Part shown: piece after piece, positions 36,680 through 43,959 of the stretch | Position numbering within the stretch: the stretch's first letter is position 1 | How the letters are laid out: every line of letters starts with the position of its first letter | Assembly (NCBI GenBank): GCA_037137655.1 | Contig: JBAXJX010000002.1 | Coordinates: 229,730 to 293,729, forward strand | Direction of reading: 5' to 3' | From: Candidatus Falkowbacteria bacterium | Lineage (GTDB): Bacteria > Patescibacteriota > Patescibacteriia > Patescibacteriales > UBA12465 | Length of the DNA: 64,000 nucleotides | Program-made: the position numbers and the translations under genes | The notes under the pieces: generated by a model | Told to the model about the DNA's origin: nothing | What the model saw: the letters and a program-made list of their open reading frames with translations, nothing else | The model's database searches: none

Positions 36680-37732
36680 TTATTTGGCTTGATTTTTTAA
36701 AGAGGTGCAATTGCCACCATTTAAATTATGGCCACTGCTACCACACGCCGCTGATAGTTGTGGGAATTCAAAATGCCAACATTCACTGGCTAGCAAACAA
36801 AAGCCGGTTTGTTCCATACAGTCTTGTAATTTGTATTGAGCGGTTATACTTTTGCCGCCGGTAAGTGGATCAACACCCCAAACGTCAATCGCCTGGCCGC
36901 TGGTATGCGGACAGCGAGTGCCCGGTGTAAATGGGCAACAAGTTAAAACTGAACATTGGGCTTTGGCGACGCAACTAGTCGCGCCCCCACAATTTTTACT
37001 GTAAATTTGTTTTTGTTGTTCCTCGGTCCGAGAGGCGCTGGACACTCTTATTTTGTAACCACTATCTTTCATGCACTTGCTGGCCGCGATTAATTTTTCG
37101 GCCATAGCGGCAGTCATTTTTTGCCCACCACTTTGATCAATTATGTTTGCGTCGCTCGGAAATGTCCAACCGTTTTCGTCGATATTACCAATGCTAACTG
37201 GATCGGTACCATCTTCTTGTTTTTCCACGATCCCAATATTTATCGCTTTTAATCCGACTAAGTCCGGATTAATTTGAATTAATAGCGCATAACATGAGAG
37301 ACCAATAATTAAACCAACGACGCTGCCGTTAATCCACGATTTAGCTGTGTTGATACGGGTGGCATTGCCGGCGGAAGTCATATAGATGATACCACCAAAC
37401 ATAATAGAGATAGCTGATAAGATGCCAATAATTCCCATACTGTAACCAAAAATCGCTCGAATATAAATTGCGATATAAGGCAAAGAACATTGTGTGCTGG
37501 CGCCGTCAACGCTACAACTTGCGACATACTGTTCGGACAGTTTATCGATTCCAGGAATACTGACATTAAGTTTATCGATGGGGTTAAGCGGAACAAATGG
37601 TTTTTTGCCTGGATCGTTAGTTTGGGCATGGCCGATGTTTACTAGAGTGGTAAGGTTTAAACAAAAAAACAGCGCAATCGTTAGTGCGAATATTTTTTGC
37701 TTGGTTTTATTTTTGGCTGGTTTGTAAACCAT
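36680..37732 (-). CDS. Fusion protein: pilin-family two-TM module + C-terminal peptidase M15 (VanY / D-Ala-D-Ala carboxypeptidase-like) domain
   Basis: 350 aa. Signal peptide ending GHA/Q; module MFGGIIYMTSAGNATRINTAKSWINGSVVGLIIGL. The C-terminal domain carries SASRTEEQQ, HTSGQAID (HxxGxAxD) and WHFEF, the M15 zinc-ligand pattern. The start overlaps the porB 3' end by 26 nt. Confidence 0.75.
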   Translation of the reverse strand: MVYKPAKNKTKQKIFALTIALFFCLNLTTLVNIGHAQTNDPGKKPFVPLNPIDKLNVSIPGIDKLSEQYVASCSVDGASTQCSLPYIAIYIRAIFGYSMGIIGILSAISIMFGGIIYMTSAGNATRINTAKSWINGSVVGLIIGLSCYALLIQINPDLVGLKAINIGIVEKQEDGTDPVSIGNIDENGWTFPSDANIIDQSGGQKMTAAMAEKLIAASKCMKDSGYKIRVSSASRTEEQQKQIYSKNCGGATSCVAKAQCSVLTCCPFTPGTRCPHTSGQAIDVWGVDPLTGGKSITAQYKLQDCMEQTGFCLLASECWHFEFPQLSAACGSSGHNLNGGNCTSLKNQAK

Positions 37733-38633
37733 AGCGGGTAATATTTTTATTGGCTAAATCTTGAATGTGAGCCAAGTCTTTTTTGAAAACTTCATTTTTA
37801 AATAAGTGACCAAAGCGACCTTGTAATTTTAAATACTCATCGACGCTTGGTGTTGGTGTTGGTAAATTCATTTTGCGACTCAAAACGCCGTTCTCGTATT
37901 CAAGTAATGGATACAATCCGGTTTGGGCTGCGAGCTTGCCAAGTTTAACTGACATGTCGGTATTTATTTTCCAACCTGGAATGCAAGGGGAAAGAATTTG
38001 GATATAGCTTGGGCCTTTAATGCTCAAGGCCTTTTTAACTTTAGCTGTAATGTCATCCGGAAAACCGGCGGTACTTTGAGCCACATAATTTAGGCCGTGT
38101 GCTAAAGCAATCGCAATCATATCTTTTTTAACTTCAGTTGATCCTGGTACATTGGGACAATTTTCTCCGACACACTCTGAGTTTGGTGCGGTCGTTGTGC
38201 TCGCACCATAAGGCGTGGCACCGGAAGATTGAATGCCAGTATTGGAATAGGCTTCTGTATCAACGCAAATATATAAAAAATCATCGCCGCGTTCCCAGGC
38301 ACCACTAATAAGTCCAAGACCAATATCAAACGTAGCACCATCACCACCGATAGTTACGACTTTAATATTCTTTTTGCCTTGTTGTTCTAATCCAGCTCTA
38401 ACGCCAGAGGCGACCGCGGCCGCATTTTCAAATAGAGAATGAATCCATGGCAAACCCCAAGAACTAGTTGGATAGGCGCTAGTTGTAACTTCAGAGCAGC
38501 CAGTGGCATTAGTTAAAATAGTGTTTTCATCGAGCCCGCGCATAACCGCATGAAGAGCGATTAATTCACCGCAACCAGCACAAGCGTTGTGACCAGGGGA
38601 GAGAAATTGTTGTTTATTTAAAGATTTTTGCAT
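37707..38633 (-). CDS. porB: 2-oxoacid (pyruvate):ferredoxin oxidoreductase beta subunit (TPP-binding)
   Basis: 308 aa. SPGHNACAGCGE and GGDGATFDIGL are PorB/TPP-binding motifs. Confidence 0.9.
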   Translation of the reverse strand: MQKSLNKQQFLSPGHNACAGCGELIALHAVMRGLDENTILTNATGCSEVTTSAYPTSSWGLPWIHSLFENAAAVASGVRAGLEQQGKKNIKVVTIGGDGATFDIGLGLISGAWERGDDFLYICVDTEAYSNTGIQSSGATPYGASTTTAPNSECVGENCPNVPGSTEVKKDMIAIALAHGLNYVAQSTAGFPDDITAKVKKALSIKGPSYIQILSPCIPGWKINTDMSVKLGKLAAQTGLYPLLEYENGVLSRKMNLPTPTPSVDEYLKLQGRFGHLFKNEVFKKDLAHIQDLANKNITRYGLQTSQK

Positions 38634-38667
38634 ATTTCAGTATATAAATTATTACTAAGTTTTATTT

Positions 38668-39807
38668 TTATTTGTGGCAACAGTAATAACCCGAGCCACA
38701 ACTAAGATCAGTTGCTTGCTGTCCTATTCCCACTATAGCACCACCAATACCAGTAACAACTGCACCAACACCGGTAACAGCTCCAGCGGCAGCGCCAACA
38801 GCTGTGCCTTTAGCCACGGCACTAGTTCCATCCCAAGAATATCCCGTTGGGCAATTATAAACACTTCCCGGATTATTCATACAAGTGCCTCCCTGGGTAC
38901 CGCATTTTCCTCCCGGGCCTGGTGTTTTTGCACAACAATGAATATCATTACCGCAATCACTGCCGCCAGTTATCCATTGCTCGGTTTCATCACAGGTGCG
39001 TTTGCATGTCCCCCAATTAGAATAACCACACACTTCACCTTCTAATTTGGCATTGGAATCATGATAATAACAATATTGCCCACTTGGACAGTTTTCGTTT
39101 AGATCACTTGTCCAGCCAATTGGTTTTGGGTTTTCCACAAAACAATAACCGCCACTTGCACCACAAGGTTGACCTTTAGTTATGGGTTGATAACCGCTGC
39201 CAGTGTCGATACATAATTGATTGTCGTTTAATTGGGCTAAACCTATTGCTTCACAACTAACAGGTTTTTTAGTGGCTCTATCAATTTTTTGTCCTTGATC
39301 ATTGGTCGTGACCGCAAATGTTTGAATTGTTTTTCCACAACAGGTTATGGTTTCGATATGCTCGACGGATTGGATTTTTGTTGGCTTAATATTTACCAAT
39401 GAAGTATTGACCGTGCCAAGAATTGTATAAGCGCCGAGCACTAAAAATAAACCAATAATACTTGAGGTGATAAAACCTTTGGCTTCTTCAATCTTGGAGC
39501 TATTACCCTGAGAAGTAATCCAAATAATTCCGCCCAGCATTAACATAATGGCCGCAACAATTCCAACAATCGCAATTGCATAACCATAATAAGCTTTAAT
39601 GTAGTTGATGATTGGGGCGGTTGATGATTCTAGTGGTACTCCGACAGTGGCCGTAAATTGTGATCCTGGGATTGTGACAATGGGTGTGAAAATGACAGCT
39701 GGTTTATCGGCTGCTTGTGCACTGGGAACAATAATAAAAAATGATCCGATAAAAAAAGACAGAGCAATCAGGCAAAATAATTTTGGCACAATAGTTTTAT
39801 GGCGCAT
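38668..39807 (-). CDS. Fusion protein: pilin-family two-TM module + 20-Cys C-terminal domain ending in a glycine zipper
   Basis: 379 aa. Signal peptide ending AQA/A; module MLGGIIWITSQGNSSKIEEAKGFITSSIIGLFLVL. A domain with 20 Cys (hand count) follows, then GTAVGAAAGAVTGVGAVVTGIGGAIVGIG (GxxxG repeats) and a terminal SCGSGYYCCHK. Confidence 0.7.
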   Translation of the reverse strand: MRHKTIVPKLFCLIALSFFIGSFFIIVPSAQAADKPAVIFTPIVTIPGSQFTATVGVPLESSTAPIINYIKAYYGYAIAIVGIVAAIMLMLGGIIWITSQGNSSKIEEAKGFITSSIIGLFLVLGAYTILGTVNTSLVNIKPTKIQSVEHIETITCCGKTIQTFAVTTNDQGQKIDRATKKPVSCEAIGLAQLNDNQLCIDTGSGYQPITKGQPCGASGGYCFVENPKPIGWTSDLNENCPSGQYCYYHDSNAKLEGEVCGYSNWGTCKRTCDETEQWITGGSDCGNDIHCCAKTPGPGGKCGTQGGTCMNNPGSVYNCPTGYSWDGTSAVAKGTAVGAAAGAVTGVGAVVTGIGGAIVGIGQQATDLSCGSGYYCCHK

Positions 39808-39811
39808 ATTT

Positions 39812-40996
39812 TTATTTAATAAATTTTATTTCCTTTTTATTAGTACTTGTTAAATCTTTAATAATTACCTTGACTATTTTTTGACTAACATCGCGTCCGC
39901 CCAGTCCGATAATATAATTTTTAACCACGCCGGAATATTGGCCAAACAGCGCTGCCCGTAAATCCGTGAATAATGGACCATGAGCACCAAGACTAATTGC
40001 TTTTTCGAGCACAGCAATCTTTTTAACTTTTAATTTTTTTATGATATCAGCTAAATCCGCGGCTGGGAAAGGACGGTAAGTTTTAATTTTCAAAATACCG
40101 ATTTTATTTTTATCCTTTGAATTATTAATAACTTCTTTAATGGTGCCAACAACTGAGCCCATCGCCACCAAAATTATTTGGGGATTTTTTGGACCACTGT
40201 ATTCAAATAATCCATTATTATTAGGATTGATTTTATTGTCGTTATTTATAATCTTATTGTAAAGCGTGAATTCTTGTTTAATAGTTTTGATTGCCGCGTT
40301 CATATCTTCATGTAATTCTTCACGAATTTCCATGTAGTCATTGGGTGTTGCAAAAGCACCTAGGGTCATTGGATTTTTGGGATCAAGAAATTCGCCTGGT
40401 GTTGGTTTGTATTTTGGTAGATATTTTTTTATTAGTTTAGTTTCAGGAATATAAACTGCTTCATAAGAATGCGTTAAAATAAAACCATCAACATTAACCA
40501 TGACAGGCAATTTTAAACTTTCAGCTAATTTGTAAGCCATGATGTGTTGATCAACTGCTTCTTGATGATTTTCAGCAAAAAGTAAAATCCAACCACTATC
40601 ACGAATTGTCATGACATCCTGTTGATCATTCCAAATATTAATTGGAGCGGAAACAGCACGGTTAGCGCAGGTAATAACTAACGGTAAACGCATACCAGCA
40701 GCATTAAACAAAACTTCAATCATGAGAAGTAAACCTTGAGATGATGTGGCGCTATAAGTTCGAGCACCGGTCGCTGCCGCACCTAAAACAATCGAGGCGG
40801 CCGCGAATTCACTTTCCGCCTTTAGATAAGAAAAGCTCGCTTCACCATCGGCTTTAGCCTTAGCTAGGTCTTCCACGATATGAGTTTGGGGTGTAATTGG
40901 ATAGGCAGAGACAACGTCGATGCCAATATTTTTAACAACCTCAGAGATGGCATTGGAGCCTTCAAGAATGCGCATTTTTTGTTTAATATTTTTCAT
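39812..40996 (-). CDS. porA: 2-oxoacid (pyruvate):ferredoxin oxidoreductase alpha subunit
   Basis: 394 aa. EGSNAISEVVKNIGIDVVSAYPITPQT and TSSQGLLLM are PorA signatures. Confidence 0.9.
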   Translation of the reverse strand: MKNIKQKMRILEGSNAISEVVKNIGIDVVSAYPITPQTHIVEDLAKAKADGEASFSYLKAESEFAAASIVLGAAATGARTYSATSSQGLLLMIEVLFNAAGMRLPLVITCANRAVSAPINIWNDQQDVMTIRDSGWILLFAENHQEAVDQHIMAYKLAESLKLPVMVNVDGFILTHSYEAVYIPETKLIKKYLPKYKPTPGEFLDPKNPMTLGAFATPNDYMEIREELHEDMNAAIKTIKQEFTLYNKIINNDNKINPNNNGLFEYSGPKNPQIILVAMGSVVGTIKEVINNSKDKNKIGILKIKTYRPFPAADLADIIKKLKVKKIAVLEKAISLGAHGPLFTDLRAALFGQYSGVVKNYIIGLGGRDVSQKIVKVIIKDLTSTNKKEIKFIK

Positions 40997-41000
40997 ATAA

Positions 41001-41267
41001 TTATTTTATTTCCTTTTCCATGGCAATGGCCTTAACTGGGCACTCGGACGCACAAACGCCACAACCCTTACAATAATCATAATTGATTTGGGCTTTAGCT
41101 TTATTATCCGCATTTAAAATCATATTAATAGTGGCGTCAGGACAAAGTTTGGCACATAGAGTGCAGCCGATACATTTTTCTGGCGTCACAACTGGACGGA
41201 AAGTGCGCCAGCCACCAGTTTTATTTTTTAGACTTGTATTTGGTTTTACGCTTAATGATTTTTTCAT
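41001..41267 (-). CDS. porD: 2-oxoacid:ferredoxin oxidoreductase delta subunit (2x[4Fe-4S] ferredoxin)
   Basis: CIGCTLCAKLCP and CKGCGVCASECP clusters. I use the internal ATG (complement of 41265-41267), 4 nt after the porG stop, instead of the track start at 41306. Confidence 0.8.
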   Translation of the reverse strand: MKKSLSVKPNTSLKNKTGGWRTFRPVVTPEKCIGCTLCAKLCPDATINMILNADNKAKAQINYDYCKGCGVCASECPVKAIAMEKEIK

Positions 41268-41271
41268 ATTT

Positions 41272-41847
41272 TTAGTGTTCGTTATAAGCTCGCTTAGCGG
41301 CGGCAATATTGGCGCTGATTATTTTTTCACCTTTGCTATTTAATTTTTCGGAAATTGCTTCGTGCAAGCTATTTAAACTAATCAATTTAGTAAATTTAGC
41401 AAAGACACCTAAAATAGTGGTATTCATAATGTTGCGACCTAAAACTTCTAGCGCAATTTTGGTGGCATCAGTTACAAAAATATTTTTAGTAGCCGGCATA
41501 AAACTTTGGATTTTTTCGGTCTTAATTTTATTGGCAATTTCCTCAGCTGAGGATGAAGTGTTTACAAGTATTTTAGTATTCTTTTTAGCGCCAAATAAAA
41601 TATCATCACTTTCTAGTAAGGTAGCATCTTGGACAATAATAATGTCTGGTTCATAAATATGCTCGCGCACCGTTATTGGTGTTTCGGAAATACGAGCAAA
41701 AGCTTGAATCGGAGCGCCACTTCTTTCCACTCCAAAAAAAGGAAAGGCTTGGGCATAGAGACCACTTTTAAAAGCGGCAATGGCAATTAATTCGGCGCTA
41801 GTGACAACGCCTTGGCCGCCACGACCATGAATTCTTACTTGGATCAT
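41272..41847 (-). CDS. porG: 2-oxoacid:ferredoxin oxidoreductase gamma subunit
   Basis: 191 aa. IRIHGRGGQGVVTSAELIA is the PorG N-terminal signature. Confidence 0.9.
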   Translation of the reverse strand: MIQVRIHGRGGQGVVTSAELIAIAAFKSGLYAQAFPFFGVERSGAPIQAFARISETPITVREHIYEPDIIIVQDATLLESDDILFGAKKNTKILVNTSSSAEEIANKIKTEKIQSFMPATKNIFVTDATKIALEVLGRNIMNTTILGVFAKFTKLISLNSLHEAISEKLNSKGEKIISANIAAAKRAYNEH

Positions 41848-41851
41848 AGAT

Positions 41852-42583
41852 TTATTTTTTTAGTAAGGTTTCGATAATGTTAATAAAGTTTGTTTGTGGA
41901 ATAACTCCTTCATGAGCGACACCGTCAAAATACCAAGTAGGCGTTGCTTTTATTCCAAGTGCTGTCGCATCAGCCATATCAGCTTTAATTTGGGGTAAAT
42001 ATTTTTGACTACTTAGACAGCTGTCGAATTTAGTTTTATCTTTAACGCCAGCTGTACTAGCCACGGCGTATAAATTATTTATATCCAAAGTATCTTGTTG
42101 GGCAAAAATTTCATCATGCATCTCCCAAAATTTTCCTTGTTCACCGGCACATCGTGCCGCCAAGGCTAACTCTAAAGAATTTTGATGACCAATCATGTCA
42201 CGAAAAACTACCTTTACTTGGTTATTGTAGCGCAAGGCAATATATCTGATAATTGGAGCTGATTCCTTACAGAATGGACAAGCCAAATCGGAAAATTCGA
42301 CGATGGTTAATTTTGGTGTGGAAGTTCCCAAGGTGTAATTTCTGATACTACCATCAGTTAAGATTCGATTGTTTTGTTGGCTTAATTTTTGTTGACTTAA
42401 ATATTTGTCTTGGTTAATTTCTACGGCTTTATTATAAACCCATAGAGCACCGCCACCAAGCGAAATTAGAATAATAAATAAAATAACTATAATAAGACAG
42501 CCCCACCATTTTTGGTACCATTTTTTGCGGGGACGATAATCAGCTTTTTGCTTTAGTTGTGCTAGACGCTCTTCGATTCCCAT
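41852..42583 (-). CDS. Membrane-anchored DsbA/thioredoxin-family thiol:disulfide oxidoreductase
   Basis: 243 aa. N-terminal TM helix, CPFC active site (FSDLACPFCKE) and a DsbA-like helical insert. Its stop lies 4 nt before the porG start. Confidence 0.8.
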   Translation of the reverse strand: MGIEERLAQLKQKADYRPRKKWYQKWWGCLIIVILFIILISLGGGALWVYNKAVEINQDKYLSQQKLSQQNNRILTDGSIRNYTLGTSTPKLTIVEFSDLACPFCKESAPIIRYIALRYNNQVKVVFRDMIGHQNSLELALAARCAGEQGKFWEMHDEIFAQQDTLDINNLYAVASTAGVKDKTKFDSCLSSQKYLPQIKADMADATALGIKATPTWYFDGVAHEGVIPQTNFINIIETLLKK

Positions 42584-42644
42584 TGAAAAAAAGCTTAATT
42601 TTTAGTATGATTGAATTATAGCATTATTTGCTAAATAAATCTAT

Positions 42645-43169
42645 ATGAAAAAAGCCTGGCTACTTTTATTTTTGTTCTTGTTTTTTTGTCCATTTTTAGT
42701 GCGCGCCGCTGCGCCGTTGGATAGCGATAATGATGGCTATCCTGATACAATGGAGATTAATAATGGCTACAATCCTTTTAGTTCCTCTACCGTGAAACTT
42801 CCGAAGCGCATTGAAGTGGAACTCAAGACACAAAAATTGCGCTATTATCTTGGTGATATTAAATTGGGGGAGTTTAAAATTTCAAGCGGCAAAGCTAGCA
42901 CGCCGACGCCGAAAGGTGATTTTACCGTGCAGAACAAAAAAGTTCGTCCAAAGTCATCATTGTATAAAAATTTATGGATGCCATATTGGGTGGGTTTAAA
43001 TATTTCTGGTTACGGTATTCATGAGTTGCCTGAATGGGGTAAAAATATTAAAGAGGGTGCGGCTCATTTGGGCACGCCAGTTTCGCACGGTTGTGTGCGT
43101 TTAGGTGTTGGTCCGGCCAAACAGATTTATGATTTTGCTAGCGTTGGCACGAAGGTAAAAATTTATTAA
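42645..43169 (+). CDS. L,D-transpeptidase (YkuD domain) with an N-terminal TSP3-like acidic repeat
   Basis: 174 aa. Signal peptide; DSDNDGYPDTMEINNGYNPF; catalytic SHGCVRL motif. Confidence 0.8.
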   Translation: MKKAWLLLFLFLFFCPFLVRAAAPLDSDNDGYPDTMEINNGYNPFSSSTVKLPKRIEVELKTQKLRYYLGDIKLGEFKISSGKASTPTPKGDFTVQNKKVRPKSSLYKNLWMPYWVGLNISGYGIHELPEWGKNIKEGAAHLGTPVSHGCVRLGVGPAKQIYDFASVGTKVKIY

Positions 43170-43178
43170 AACAAAAAA

Positions 43179-43955
43179 ATGAAAATAATTTCTTGGAATA
43201 TTAATGGTTTGCGTGCAGTGGTTAAAAAAGGCGATTTAGTCGCTTTTTTAGCTAAGGCCAATCCCGATATTTTATGCTTACAAGAAATAAAAATATCGGA
43301 AGCTAAAGTGGAAAAAGAAAATTTGCAATTCCCGGGCTATTATTTATTAACCAATGGCGCACAGCGCGAAGGTTATAGCGGCACAGCCATGTTGGTGCGT
43401 GAAAGTTTATTTACTAAAATGCCTAAAGCAGAAAATGGGATTGGTGTCCCGGAATTTGATGATGAAGGTCGAATTCAAATTTTAGAATTACCGAAGGCTT
43501 ATGTTGTGAATGTTTATTTCCCGAATGCCAATGCTGAACTTTCGCGTTTAAATTATAAATTGAACTTCAATAAGGCCTTACTTAAACATTTAAAAAAGTT
43601 AGAAACGAAAAAACCGATTATTATCACTGGTGATTTTAATGTCGCTCATCAAACAATTGATTTAGCGCGGCCAAAAGAAAATGACGGTAGTGCCGGTTTT
43701 ACAAGGGAAGAGCGCGAATCGATGGATGAATTTTTAGCGGCTGGTTTTATTGATACTTTCCGTTATTTAAATGATGGACTAATCCAATATTCGTGGTGGA
43801 GTTATCGCATGGGCGCTCGCCAACGGAACGTGGGGTGGCGGATTGACTATTTCTGCGTATCCGATAAGATTAAGAAAAGCCTAGAAAAAGCTTATATTTT
43901 AGATCAAGTTTTAGGTTCTGATCATGCCCCAGTGGGGATTGAAATTAAATTATAA
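43179..43955 (+). CDS. xth: Exodeoxyribonuclease III (AP endonuclease)
   Basis: 258 aa. SWNINGLRA, LCLQEIK, GDFNVAH and SDHAPV are ExoIII/APE family motifs. Confidence 0.9.
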   Translation: MKIISWNINGLRAVVKKGDLVAFLAKANPDILCLQEIKISEAKVEKENLQFPGYYLLTNGAQREGYSGTAMLVRESLFTKMPKAENGIGVPEFDDEGRIQILELPKAYVVNVYFPNANAELSRLNYKLNFNKALLKHLKKLETKKPIIITGDFNVAHQTIDLARPKENDGSAGFTREERESMDEFLAAGFIDTFRYLNDGLIQYSWWSYRMGARQRNVGWRIDYFCVSDKIKKSLEKAYILDQVLGSDHAPVGIEIKL

Positions 43956-43959
43956 TTAT

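Noticed and set aside
43924-43959. Track start of leuS at 43924 (MPQWGLKLNYNY...).
   Set aside because: The extension overlaps the xth 3' end. ATG 43960 gives the canonical LeuRS N-terminus (MYDHKIIEKKWQKIW) 4 nt after the xth stop.
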